Shown here in pieces: positions 36,973 to 46,555 of a stretch of DNA of 64,000 bases. The notes beneath the pieces are model-generated. The model saw only the letters and a list, made by a program, of their open reading frames with translations. It made no database searches and had not been told where the DNA came from. Source of the DNA: an uncultured Alphaproteobacteria bacterium. GTDB lineage: Bacteria; Pseudomonadota; Alphaproteobacteria; Micavibrionales; CSBR16-224. The first letter of the stretch is position 1, and each line of letters opens with the position of its first letter. The stretch lies in NCBI GenBank assembly GCA_950054485.1, contig CATLPD010000001.1, forward strand, positions 623,255 through 687,254, read 5' to 3'. A program made the position numbers and the translations under genes.

Positions 36973-37161
36973 ATGTCAAAATTCGATAAAATCAAAAAAG
37001 CCATGGAAGAAGGCAAAGAAAAACTGGAAGCTAAAGCAGCTGAAAAAATGTCTGATCCTGAAACAATGAAAAAAGTTGCCGAAGCCGCTGAAAAAGTTGA
37101 AAACGCTAAAGAAAGCGCCAAAGCGACAGCTAAAAAATGGCTTGGTAAATTTGGTAAATAA
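36973..37161 (+). CDS. small Lys/Glu/Ala-rich helical protein (62 aa), hypothetical
   Basis: [62 protein letters not shown]. Strong SD and promoter-like sequence. The track ORF begins at 36937, but ATG 36973 has the SD. Confidence 0.55.
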   Translation: MSKFDKIKKAMEEGKEKLEAKAAEKMSDPETMKKVAEAAEKVENAKESAKATAKKWLGKFGK

Positions 37162-38127
37162 TTATTTTTCGGGACGGATCACAAGATCTCTGCCCGAAAC
37201 CGATACGATACAATTATGCAGGGTCGCACCGTTAAAACTGCGGCCCTGTATTTTTTTCAAGAGATTTTCCAGCGATGCCGATTTCGGCGGATAGGCGTTA
37301 TCGCCATATTCTTTCAGCAGGCTTTCCAGCATTTCTTTTTGCAGATAGGGGTGAAGTTTTAAAAATTCATCATAATCAACTGCGGCCTTTTCATTCGACC
37401 GTGTAATAATTTTGCTATTTGCCTTTTCAAGCTCTGATAAAATAAAATTGGCGGCACCCGATAACTTGTAGCGGGTTTTTTCCAGCATTTTGGCTGTTAA
37501 TCCGATGTTATCCAGAACCTTGGAATGTTCGCGGATTTGCACGCGGTCATATTTTAAATCTTTATTGGATGGGTCACGTACCCAGTCTTGATTGTTATTT
37601 TCACAGATTTCAATCAGATCGCTTTTGGCAAAATCCAGCACCGGCCTGACCAGTAAAACACCATCCATTTGCCGCTCTTTTTGAATACCGCAAAGGCCTT
37701 TTAACCCGCTGCCACGCGCCATGCGCATGATCAGGGTTTCAAACTGATCATCCAGATGGTGGGCTGTTAATAGATGGGTGATGCCATTCCGGCGGCAATA
37801 TTCGGCCATAATTTGATACCGGTTAATACGTGCGTTTTCTTGTATGCGGGTTTCAGGCAGGTCCTTCAGCTTTAAAACAACATGGCGAATATCCAGATTT
37901 TTCATCCATGCGGATACCGTTTCAGCCTCGGATGCAGATTCAGCGCGCAGGCCATGATCGACAGTAATCGCGGTAAGATCGATTTTGTTTTTATCACACC
38001 AGCCTTTTAATAGGATCGCAAGCGCCATAGAGTCAGCACCGCCCGAAACCGCAACGGCAATCTGCGATGCGTCCGTATAGGACAACATCTGTTTTTGAAA
38101 ATGTTCGATTGTGAGGGTGTCAGCCAC
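37162..38127 (-). CDS. tilS: tRNA(Ile)-lysidine synthase
   Basis: 321 aa. PP-loop VAVSGGADSMALA and ...LLTAHHLDDQFETLIMR. Confidence 0.9.
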   Translation of the reverse strand: MADTLTIEHFQKQMLSYTDASQIAVAVSGGADSMALAILLKGWCDKNKIDLTAITVDHGLRAESASEAETVSAWMKNLDIRHVVLKLKDLPETRIQENARINRYQIMAEYCRRNGITHLLTAHHLDDQFETLIMRMARGSGLKGLCGIQKERQMDGVLLVRPVLDFAKSDLIEICENNNQDWVRDPSNKDLKYDRVQIREHSKVLDNIGLTAKMLEKTRYKLSGAANFILSELEKANSKIITRSNEKAAVDYDEFLKLHPYLQKEMLESLLKEYGDNAYPPKSASLENLLKKIQGRSFNGATLHNCIVSVSGRDLVIRPEK

Positions 38128-38983
38128 AGTTCAGGTTTTTCATTTCCTGATCCGTGCGGCGCATAACAGGCCCTGTTTCTTCAGGGTATTGTGTTTTGAT
38201 CTGTTGCAGTGACAGGCAGGCGTCTTCTGTTTTGCCGAGTTTACCCAGCGATAGTCCCAGCTTTAACAGATTGTCAGCCGCTTTGGAACTGTCGGGATAA
38301 TCCTGATATCCTTGGGCAAACAGTTTGGCGGCCTGCGTGTAATCAGCGCGCACGTAATATGTTTCCGCCAACCAATATTGGGCATTTGATGCCAGCGCAT
38401 TTTCAGGGTATTTATCTAGAAAGGTTTTAAAACCGGCCTCGGCGCTGTCGTAATTTCCATCGCGGATATCAACGAATGATTTCTCGTAGAGTTGATCAGG
38501 TGTCATACCGTCAAAGCTTGCGGTAACAGCCGGTGAAGGTGCGGCAGGTGTCGTCGCCGGTGTTTCAACGGGTGCCGTGTATGTCGGGGTAACGTCTGTT
38601 GTGCTATAGGGTGTTGCGGCGGGTTGGCGCGGTGTCGTATCAACGACAACAGGTTGTGTTGCCTGCGCCTGTAATTGCTGTTGCAATTGGTTCATTTGAT
38701 ATTGCTGTTCTTCGATTTGTCCCGTCAGCTCCTGAATTTGGGCTTCCAGCTGCGACAATCTGACTTCAAGCGTTGCAACGGCTGCGGCATTTGCAGGTGC
38801 CGGCGCATCGAATTGCGGCGGTGGTACATCCCCGCGGAATACAGCGCGGCTGAGGGTCTGTATCTGGTTTTCCAGCTGTCCGATACGGCTGCTGAGCTGC
38901 GAGACATCGTTCGTCTGCGCCAGAACAGGCGTCGCCGCAATCATTAATCCCAAACCAATATATGCAAATGTCTTTTTCATCAT
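38120..38983 (-). CDS. cpoB: Tol-Pal system protein CpoB (YbgF)
   Basis: 287 aa. Signal peptide, Gln-rich coiled coil (LEAQIQELTGQIEEQQYQMNQLQQQLQ), C-terminal TPR/YbgF domain (NAQYWLAETYY...YPDSSKAADNLLKLGLSLGKLG). Confidence 0.85.
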   Translation of the reverse strand: MMKKTFAYIGLGLMIAATPVLAQTNDVSQLSSRIGQLENQIQTLSRAVFRGDVPPPQFDAPAPANAAAVATLEVRLSQLEAQIQELTGQIEEQQYQMNQLQQQLQAQATQPVVVDTTPRQPAATPYSTTDVTPTYTAPVETPATTPAAPSPAVTASFDGMTPDQLYEKSFVDIRDGNYDSAEAGFKTFLDKYPENALASNAQYWLAETYYVRADYTQAAKLFAQGYQDYPDSSKAADNLLKLGLSLGKLGKTEDACLSLQQIKTQYPEETGPVMRRTDQEMKNLNCG

Positions 38984-39044
38984 TCCTCGATATTAATAAC
39001 GATCTTTACGGATGACAAGTAAATATACCCTTGAACGTCAGCAC

Positions 39045-39078
39045 CAAAAAATAACCCCCACGCAGTGGTGGGGGTTAT
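39045..39078 (-). terminator. rho-independent terminator downstream of pal
   Basis: An 11 bp perfect stem: ataacccccac (39051-39061) pairs with gtgggggttat (39068-39078), loop gcagtg. On the minus strand it is followed by ttttt (complement of 39046-39050). Confidence 0.8.
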
Positions 39079-39099
39079 CGTTATCTATTTAAAGATATT

Positions 39100-39651
39100 T
39101 TATTCTACAACCGTAACGGCACGGCGGTTTTGCGCCCATGCGGCTTCGTTTGAACCAACAACGGCAGGGCGTTCCTTACCATAGCTGATTGTTGTCAAAC
39201 GTGATGGGTCAATGCCCAATGCGATCAGGTAGTTGCGTGCGGCTTGTGCGCGGCGCTCGCCCAATGCAAGGTTATATTCACGTGTACCACGTTCGTCGGC
39301 GTGGCCTTCGATTGTTACGCGGATGTTCTGGTATTGCTTCAACCATGCGGCCTGACGCTCAAGCGTGTTGCGGCCTTCCATTGTCAGGTCGTGCTGGTCA
39401 TATCCGAAGAATACGCGGTCACCAACATTTACAACCAGATCCTGTTGTGAACCTGGCATCGGGCCTGTTTGGTCCACTGTGCCCATGCTGTCAGGATATT
39501 GATCCAGTGTTGAAATATCTTCACGCTGGGTTGTTGTCATTTCAGCGTCAGTAATTACAACGCCTGAATCTTCCGGTTTCTTTGTACAAGCGGCCATCAG
39601 CGCTGTTGCAAGAAACAATACCATTAATTTTGGTAGGATTTGCTTAATCAT
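39100..39651 (-). CDS. pal: peptidoglycan-associated lipoprotein Pal
   Basis: 183 aa. Lipobox LMAAC. OmpA-like domain RVFFGYDQHDL...IEGHADERGTREYNLALGERRA... Confidence 0.9.
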   Translation of the reverse strand: MIKQILPKLMVLFLATALMAACTKKPEDSGVVITDAEMTTTQREDISTLDQYPDSMGTVDQTGPMPGSQQDLVVNVGDRVFFGYDQHDLTMEGRNTLERQAAWLKQYQNIRVTIEGHADERGTREYNLALGERRAQAARNYLIALGIDPSRLTTISYGKERPAVVGSNEAAWAQNRRAVTVVE

Positions 39652-39808
39652 GCTCGGGGTTCTCCTTATCGTAATCCGAATTAATCACTGCATAATACAG
39701 TTTTAATGCGAATGGTCTAACAGTGCAAGGGGTAAGAAGTTCCGAGAATACTGTGAAATGAAAAAATTTTTCTGGCCAAATCCGAATAACCCGCCCTATA
39801 TTGTTTGC

Positions 39809-42022
39809 ATGATGACAGCAGGATTACCCGAAACACAAAATTACCCCTATCTTGACGCTTTGAACGAACGCCAGCGCGAGGCTGTCGAGGCGCTGGATGG
39901 CCCGGTTCTGGTGCTGGCCGGTGCCGGCACAGGTAAAACCCGCGTGCTGACAACGCGTCTTGGCCATTTACTGGCAACGCGCAAGGCGCGCCCTGACCAG
40001 ATTTTGGCGGTGACCTTTACCAATAAAGCGGCGCAGGAAATGAAAGAACGTGTATCCCATCTTTTGGGTGGTGCCCCCGTCGAAGGCTGGTGGCTGGGTA
40101 CATTCCATTCAATCGCCGCCCGCATGCTGCGCCGTCATGCCGAATGTGTCGGTTTAAAAAGTAATTTTACCATTCTGGATTCAGATGATCAGGTGCGTCT
40201 GATCAAACAATTGATCGAACCGCTGCCGATTGATCCGAAAAAATGGCCGCCGCGTGTTTTACTGTCGCTGATCCAGAAGTGGAAAGACCGCGGCTATACG
40301 CCAGACATGATCGGCAAGGATGAAAACCGTGATCTGGCCGACGGCTATCTGTCGCAGCTTTACAAATCTTATCAGGAGCGTTTAAAAACTTTGAATGCCT
40401 GTGATTTTGGTGATCTTTTGTTGCATGTTTTGACAATTTTTCGTGATCCGCAATATGCGGACATTTTGGCGGGGTATCAGGAGCGTTTCAAATATCTCCT
40501 GGTTGATGAATATCAGGATACGAACGTATCTCAATATCTCTGGCTACGTTTATTGGCGCAAAAGCACAAGAACATCTGTTGTGTCGGTGATGATGACCAA
40601 TCGATTTACGGCTGGCGCGGGGCCGAAGTTGGGAACATCCTGAAATTTGAAAAGGATTTCACGGAATCCAAAACCGTACGCCTGGAACAAAATTACCGTT
40701 CAACAAACCGTATTCTGGATGCAGCGAACGCGGTCATTGCCAATAATGCCGAACGTCTCGGCAAGAATTTGTGGAGCGCGAATGAAGACGGTGATCTGAT
40801 CAAAATTGTGGGTGTTTGGGACGGGCAGGCGGAGGCTGTACGTGTGTCAGATGATATTGAATCCCTGCAACGCAAGGGCGTCAGTTTAAATGAAATCGCA
40901 ATCCTTGTCCGTGCCGGTTTTCAAACACGTGAGTTCGAGGAACGCTTTATCACAACCGGTATCCCATACCGTGTGATCGGTGGGCCGCGGTTTTATGAAC
41001 GTATGGAAATCCGCGATGCGCTGGCCTATTTCCGTGTGGTTGTTCAGCCTGATGATGATTTGGCGTTCGAACGTATTGTGAATACACCAAAACGCGGATT
41101 GGGTGCGGCAACGGTGCAGACCCTGCAAATCCATGCACGGCAACGGCAAATCCCGATTACCGAAGCCGCTTTGGAAATTCTGGAAACCGAAGAACTGCGA
41201 CCGCAGGCGCGTAAATCCCTTCGTGGCCTTATGATGGATATTGAACGCTGGCGTCACCAGTTGCGTGAGATCTCGCACACGGAACTTTCGGGAATTATTC
41301 TGGATGAATCCGGCTATACCCACATGTGGCAAAGCGATAAATCCCCCGAAGCCCCCGGCCGTCTTGAGAACCTGAAGGAACTGGTCGGCGCGATGGGCGA
41401 ATTCGAAAATATGCAAAGCTTTTTGGAGCATGTCGCATTGGTCATGGAAACGACTGAAAATAAATCCGCTGATATGGTCACAGTCATGACCCTGCATGCG
41501 GCCAAGGGACTTGAATTCGACCATGTCTTCCTGCCCGGTTGGGAGGAAGGCGTCTTTCCGAACCAGCGCGCCCTTGATGAAACGGGCCTGGCGGGCCTCG
41601 AGGAAGAACGCCGTCTGGCTTATGTCGGTCTGACCCGTGCGCGGCAGACAGCAACGGTTCTGTATGCTGCAAACCGGCAGATGTACGGGAACTGGGTCAA
41701 TTGCATCCCGTCGCGCTTTGTCGATGAATTGCCCGAAGATGTGACGGATACAATTTCGGAAGTCGCGGGCGGCTCAACATTCGGCGGCTACGGACGCATG
41801 GGCGGATCACACCTGACCCGTGGACGCCACGCGAAAATGGTTGAAGCCACACCGCGCAGCTTTTTGCAAACATCACCCGGTGGTATCGAAAAGGGTGATC
41901 GCGTCAGTCACGCCAAATTCGGCGGCGGCAGCGTCATTCATGTTGACGGAAATAAGCTCGATATCCAGTTTGACAAGGTCGGACGGAAACGCGTGCTGGA
42001 TTCTTTTATAGAGAAATCATGA
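39809..42022 (+). CDS. uvrD: ATP-dependent DNA helicase (UvrD/PcrA family)
   Basis: Track ORF starts at 39758. ATG 39809 gives MMTAGLPE...LDALNERQREAVEALDGPVLVLAGAGTGKT (motif I); also LVDEYQDTN, ...YRSTNRIL, ...VMTLHAAKGLEF, ...RRLAYVGLTRA. The start choice is uncertain. Confidence 0.9.
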   Translation: MMTAGLPETQNYPYLDALNERQREAVEALDGPVLVLAGAGTGKTRVLTTRLGHLLATRKARPDQILAVTFTNKAAQEMKERVSHLLGGAPVEGWWLGTFHSIAARMLRRHAECVGLKSNFTILDSDDQVRLIKQLIEPLPIDPKKWPPRVLLSLIQKWKDRGYTPDMIGKDENRDLADGYLSQLYKSYQERLKTLNACDFGDLLLHVLTIFRDPQYADILAGYQERFKYLLVDEYQDTNVSQYLWLRLLAQKHKNICCVGDDDQSIYGWRGAEVGNILKFEKDFTESKTVRLEQNYRSTNRILDAANAVIANNAERLGKNLWSANEDGDLIKIVGVWDGQAEAVRVSDDIESLQRKGVSLNEIAILVRAGFQTREFEERFITTGIPYRVIGGPRFYERMEIRDALAYFRVVVQPDDDLAFERIVNTPKRGLGAATVQTLQIHARQRQIPITEAALEILETEELRPQARKSLRGLMMDIERWRHQLREISHTELSGIILDESGYTHMWQSDKSPEAPGRLENLKELVGAMGEFENMQSFLEHVALVMETTENKSADMVTVMTLHAAKGLEFDHVFLPGWEEGVFPNQRALDETGLAGLEEERRLAYVGLTRARQTATVLYAANRQMYGNWVNCIPSRFVDELPEDVTDTISEVAGGSTFGGYGRMGGSHLTRGRHAKMVEATPRSFLQTSPGGIEKGDRVSHAKFGGGSVIHVDGNKLDIQFDKVGRKRVLDSFIEKS

Positions 42023-42456
42023 TGACACTTCACATTCGAAAATTGGTGGTGGGCGCCGAGACGCTGGATGAATTTGCAGAAATACAAAAACGCGACCGCG
42101 TTAAATATAACGGTCAGTCTGCCTGCGTCATTCGTACGCGTTTTATGCCGAAACAGGCCGATGAAATTCTGGCGGGCGGCGGTTCGGCCTATCGCGTTAT
42201 CAAGGGCAAAATGTGCTGCCGCCAAAAAATTTTGGGGTTCGAAATGGTGGGCGAGGGTAAAAACAAAAGCTGCCGCATTTACATCGATCCTGAAATCATC
42301 GAAACCGCCCATATGCCCCACCGCCCGTTTCAGGGCTGGCGATATCTGAAACCTGCCGACGTCCCGCCCGATATCGGTCCCTATAAAATCGGATCGCATA
42401 AGACTGGATTACCGCCCGAAATGGCCGCCGAATTGCGTGATGCAGGTCTTTTGTAA
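42019..42456 (+). CDS. DUF1489 family protein
   Basis: 145 aa. MTLHIRKLVVGAETLDEF... and ...RPFQGWRYLKPADVPPD match the alphaproteobacterial DUF1489 family as I remember it. ATGA overlap with uvrD. Confidence 0.7.
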   Translation: MMTLHIRKLVVGAETLDEFAEIQKRDRVKYNGQSACVIRTRFMPKQADEILAGGGSAYRVIKGKMCCRQKILGFEMVGEGKNKSCRIYIDPEIIETAHMPHRPFQGWRYLKPADVPPDIGPYKIGSHKTGLPPEMAAELRDAGLL

Positions 42457-42522
42457 TTTTCGACTGGGAATTTCATTTTAAGCTGTTAGTATAGCGCCCT
42501 TATCAGAAAAGGCGCTTCGATC

Positions 42523-43758
42523 ATGCTGTCGACAACATTAAATCTTTTGAAAAACCATGGTGGATTAATTGCGATCTGTTTTGCGTTGCTGTTCTTTTCG
42601 GTTTTCGGGCAGTCTTTGTTTTTCGGCCTTTATTTGCCTGATATTCAAGAAAGCCTTGGCCTGACGAAAACCAAAATGGGATCGATCTATGCGGTCGCAA
42701 CGATCTGTAGTTCGATTATCGTTCTCTATACAGGACGCAAGCTGGATGTTTGGCCGCTGCGCAATTTTGTGACCTTTACGCTGGTTGGTTTGGCGATCGG
42801 CTGTTTTACAATGTCATTTTCAACAAATGCGGTCATGTTGTTTGCGGCTTTTCTGATTTTGCGTCACTTCGGGCAGGGCCTTATGAGCATCAGCTCGAAC
42901 GCTACCATCAACCGTTATCTGAACGAAAACCGCGGTAAGGCAACGGCTATTACGGGTTTAGGCGCGCCGCTGCAGATCGTGGTTTTCCCGTTTATTGTTT
43001 ATTTTCTGGATGATTATCTCGAATGGCATACAGCCTGGATGGTCTATGGTTTTTTCGTTTTATGTGTTTTACTTCCGGCTTTCTGGGTCTTTCTGAAGAC
43101 GCATCAGAAAACGACACATGCACGTTGGGCTGCAGACATTAAAAAAGACGGCGACCAAAAGAACGACAAAGCACAAAAACATTGGACGGCGGCAGAGGTT
43201 CTACGCGATTGGCGCATATATGCCATTATAGCCATTATGATGATTGCACCTTTTGCAGGCACTGTTATCTTTTTCTATCAGGCCGATGTTGCCGCTAGTC
43301 TTGGCATAACGGTTGTCGGGTTTGCGACCTCCTATATCTTTCTAACTGTTTCAAAAATTATATTTGGCATCACTGCGGGTGAAATCATTGATAAATATGG
43401 TGAAAGACCGGCCCTGATTATTTATCCAATTTTTTATGCACTTGGGCTTTTCTTCCTGATAAACGGCCAGAATATTATAATATTATATCTGGCTATGTCG
43501 GTGATCGGAATTGCATCCGGATTTATGGCGACGATTGGCGGGCCATTATTGGCACAGATGTATGGCACTAAACACCTCAGCAGTGTCAAATCGATCCTGT
43601 TTTCCAGTGCAATTGTCGCATCGGCCCTGTCGCCGTTTTTGTTCGGGTATTTTATGGACCGCGGTGTCAGTATCCTGACATTATTCTCATTCGTTATTGC
43701 CTATTCTGCGGTGATCTGGGTCTTGGCGTTGCCGATCACATCTAAAAAATGCAATTGA
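42523..43758 (+). CDS. MFS transporter
   Basis: 411 aa with ~12 hydrophobic segments in a 6+6 layout and a charged central loop (HARWAADIKKDGDQKNDKAQKH). The loop motif GRKLD follows TM2. Confidence 0.8.
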   Translation: MLSTTLNLLKNHGGLIAICFALLFFSVFGQSLFFGLYLPDIQESLGLTKTKMGSIYAVATICSSIIVLYTGRKLDVWPLRNFVTFTLVGLAIGCFTMSFSTNAVMLFAAFLILRHFGQGLMSISSNATINRYLNENRGKATAITGLGAPLQIVVFPFIVYFLDDYLEWHTAWMVYGFFVLCVLLPAFWVFLKTHQKTTHARWAADIKKDGDQKNDKAQKHWTAAEVLRDWRIYAIIAIMMIAPFAGTVIFFYQADVAASLGITVVGFATSYIFLTVSKIIFGITAGEIIDKYGERPALIIYPIFYALGLFFLINGQNIIILYLAMSVIGIASGFMATIGGPLLAQMYGTKHLSSVKSILFSSAIVASALSPFLFGYFMDRGVSILTLFSFVIAYSAVIWVLALPITSKKCN

Positions 43759-43812
43759 CATAATTTAAGATTTCTGTTAATTTGTTTTTGATGATATTAG
43801 AAAGGATTCGTA

Positions 43813-44067
43813 ATGGCTAATAATGATAAGAAACACGAAGAAATAGATTCAACTAAGCTAGGCGATTTTTCCCTGTTGGAAGAATGGAAAAAAGGCTGGG
43901 CAGATATCAAGGCCAAACAAAGCGCGCCCATTCCAAGTATTGAAGAATATCAAAAGACTGATGAATTTAAAAAGCGCCTAAAACACATTCACGAAGGATG
44001 GGCAAAACGCCCGCCGGGCCGTAAATTCATGGGTATCACCTTTGCAGGTAAAAAACCAAAGCAATAA
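43813..44067 (+). CDS. hypothetical protein (84 aa, Lys-rich)
   Basis: ORF with SD-like aaagga upstream. No recognisable family. Confidence 0.45.
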   Translation: MANNDKKHEEIDSTKLGDFSLLEEWKKGWADIKAKQSAPIPSIEEYQKTDEFKKRLKHIHEGWAKRPPGRKFMGITFAGKKPKQ

Positions 44068-44143
44068 TAGTCCTAAGCCAATATTTTCCTGTTCTATCCT
44101 GTTGATCGTTCTATAATGATTGGCAAGAAGGAACAGGATAGCT

Positions 44144-45118
44144 ATGTCATCATTAAAAAATAAAATTGTCACTGTGTTCGGCGGAACGGGATTTGTGGGT
44201 CGTCACGTCGTATCGGCCTTGATCCGCGAGGGGGCAGTCGTCCGCGTTGTCAGCCGTTACAAAAGCGCATGTTATAATCTGCGTACAGGCGCACTGGTCG
44301 GGCAGATGGTGCCGGTCGTTGTCGATTATAATGATGATAAATCGCTGCGCGCGGCACTAAAGGGCGCTGACTTCAGCCTGAACCTGATCGGCATTCTGGC
44401 CGAAAGCAGTCATCAAAGTTTTGAAGATATTCACGTCAAACGCGCCGAGGCGATTGCCAAGGCGGCGGCGAAAGAAAAAATAAAACATCATGTCCATACC
44501 TCGGCGCTGGGCGCGGATGAGGAATCCCAATCGAAATACCAACAAAGCAAAGCGCGCGGTGAGAAAGCTGTCCTGAAGGCCTTTTCATCGGTCACATTAT
44601 TACGCCCCAGCATAATATTTGGCGAGGGGGACGGGTTCTTCAGCCGCTTTGCCAAAATGTCGCGCCTGCTGCCCGTATTGCCATTAATCGGCGGCGGTAA
44701 AACACGCTTTCAACCTGTTTTTGTCGGTGATGTTGTCTCGGCTATTATGATGGCATTCGAATATTATGCCGAAGCACCTGCCCATTTCAAAGGCAAGGTG
44801 ATTGAATGTGCCGGCCCGCAGGTCTATAGCTTTAAGGAGCTTTTGAATTATATCCAGCATGAAATCGGTACAGACAAGCCGTTATTCCCGCTGTCATTCG
44901 GTCTTGCGAAATGTCAGGGTTGGTTCATGGAAAAATTGCCGGGCAAAATTCTGACCGTCGATCAGGTTGTGTCCCTGAAATCAGATAATGTTGAAACGGG
45001 CGAACATCTGACATTGGAAGATATCGATATCATTCCAACCCCGATGGAGGTCATCGTGTCCGATTATCTTGAGGCCTATCGCACCGGCGGTCAATTCGCA
45101 AGTCAAAGACGCGCCTGA
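44144..45118 (+). CDS. complex I NDUFA9-like NAD(P)H-binding (atypical SDR) protein
   Basis: Track ORF starts at 44120. ATG 44144 gives MSSLKNKIVTVFGGTGFVGRHVV (Rossmann GxxGxxG); ...YQQSKARGE (YxxxK). Confidence 0.8.
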   Translation: MSSLKNKIVTVFGGTGFVGRHVVSALIREGAVVRVVSRYKSACYNLRTGALVGQMVPVVVDYNDDKSLRAALKGADFSLNLIGILAESSHQSFEDIHVKRAEAIAKAAAKEKIKHHVHTSALGADEESQSKYQQSKARGEKAVLKAFSSVTLLRPSIIFGEGDGFFSRFAKMSRLLPVLPLIGGGKTRFQPVFVGDVVSAIMMAFEYYAEAPAHFKGKVIECAGPQVYSFKELLNYIQHEIGTDKPLFPLSFGLAKCQGWFMEKLPGKILTVDQVVSLKSDNVETGEHLTLEDIDIIPTPMEVIVSDYLEAYRTGGQFASQRRA

Positions 45119-45190
45119 TTTTTATTTACCTAAAGCTGTTTTTTTGATAGTCTGCGGGCTGATCAAAAGATAAAAAAACAGGACTTTTCC

Positions 45191-46549
45191 ATGCGTGATA
45201 TCAGATGCATTGTTTTCGGTGCGGCTTTTGCCCTTATTTTCATTCTCATGACATCCCCTGCACCCGCGGCCAAGCGCGCGGAAATTGCAGCTGTCGTCAA
45301 TAATGATATTATCACGACAATGGATGTCGATACACGTTTGCTGTTAAATGCGGGCGGACGCCCTGTGCCACCAGCGCAAAGAAAAGCAGCCGAAGACAGC
45401 GTTTTGAACGAATTGATCAATGAATCTTTGAAACGTCAGGAAGCCGAAAGTCTCGATATCATGGTTGATGACGGTGAAATCCAGAATGCTTTTACCAATG
45501 TTGCGCAAACGAATAACATGACGGCTGACCAGTTTCGCGGCGAATTGCGCAAAGCGGGTATCCCGGCCGAAGCTTTTTACGATAAGCTGCGCACGGATAT
45601 CGCCTGGTCACAGGTTGTGCGCCGCAAATTAAGACCGAAGGTTGCAATCTCGGAGAACGATATTGATGCTGTTTTTGATACGATCGAACGCACCGAGGGT
45701 GAACCCCAATACCGCGTTGCTGAAATCTTCCTTGAAGCTGACATGCTGAGTGATTCCGCACCTGTTGAAAAGCGCATGAACGAACTGGTTGATCAGATGC
45801 AGCGCGGCGCGCGTTTCTCAGATGTGGCCAAGAAATATTCAGAAGCTCCCGGTGCTTCCCGCGGCGGCGATCTGGGTTGGATGACACTGGATCAATTGGA
45901 CAAGGATTTACAGCCCGTCGTTTTGAATATGCAGCCGGGTCAGCTCAGCAAGCCGTTTAAATCAGCCAAGGGCTATCATCTTTTATTCATGATTGATAGA
46001 AAAATGCCGTCAGGTCCGAAACCGGCTGCCGCGCCGGCACCTGCAAAGCCTGCTGTTATGGGCCCGCAAATGGTGCGCCTGCAACAAATCTTCATTCCGG
46101 TTGAAGAAGGCGAGCCCGATGCCCTGAAAAACACAAAAATGGTGCGTGCGGCATCTTTGAAAAACGAACTATCAAGCTGTGATGCCATGTCGGCCAAAGC
46201 GTCAGAATTTACATCACCGCTGACAGGTGATCTGGGCCTTGTTGCTGTAAAGGATCTGCCGGAGGCTGTTGGCAAAGAAGTTGGAAGTCTGAAAGTTGGT
46301 GAAGTTAGCCGCCCGATGATGAATAAACAGGGTATTTTTGTCCTGATGGTCTGCGAACGTCCGGCCCCGCAGGTTATTCAGCCTGCAAGCCCCGCGGCAC
46401 CCACGCAGGCTGCCAGCGCGGATAACCGCAATAACGAGGGCGCCCGCGAAGAAATTGCCAATACGCTGGGTATGCAAAAGCTGGAAGCCCTGCAGGACCG
46501 TTATCTGCAGGATCTGCGATCTGCTGCTTTTATTGATCGCCGTATTTAA
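45191..46549 (+). CDS. surA: periplasmic chaperone / peptidyl-prolyl isomerase SurA
   Basis: 452 aa. Signal peptide, SurA N-terminal domain (IAAVVNNDIITTMDVDTRL...), parvulin domain (FSDVAKKYSEAPGASRGGDLGWM...GYHLLFMIDR). It sits upstream of rsmA. Confidence 0.8.
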   Translation: MRDIRCIVFGAAFALIFILMTSPAPAAKRAEIAAVVNNDIITTMDVDTRLLLNAGGRPVPPAQRKAAEDSVLNELINESLKRQEAESLDIMVDDGEIQNAFTNVAQTNNMTADQFRGELRKAGIPAEAFYDKLRTDIAWSQVVRRKLRPKVAISENDIDAVFDTIERTEGEPQYRVAEIFLEADMLSDSAPVEKRMNELVDQMQRGARFSDVAKKYSEAPGASRGGDLGWMTLDQLDKDLQPVVLNMQPGQLSKPFKSAKGYHLLFMIDRKMPSGPKPAAAPAPAKPAVMGPQMVRLQQIFIPVEEGEPDALKNTKMVRAASLKNELSSCDAMSAKASEFTSPLTGDLGLVAVKDLPEAVGKEVGSLKVGEVSRPMMNKQGIFVLMVCERPAPQVIQPASPAAPTQAASADNRNNEGAREEIANTLGMQKLEALQDRYLQDLRSAAFIDRRI

Positions 46550-46555
46550 TCCGAA

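Noticed and set aside
36815-36979. N-terminal 55-codon extension of the FtsH ORF (track ORF 34922-36979, 685 aa).
   Set aside because: The extension ([22 protein letters not shown]...) has no FtsH counterpart. It overlaps the promoter, SD and start of the divergent small gene at 36973. A GTG at 36814 with an upstream GGAA gives the canonical FtsH N-terminus ([11 protein letters not shown]... TM1) and typical length.
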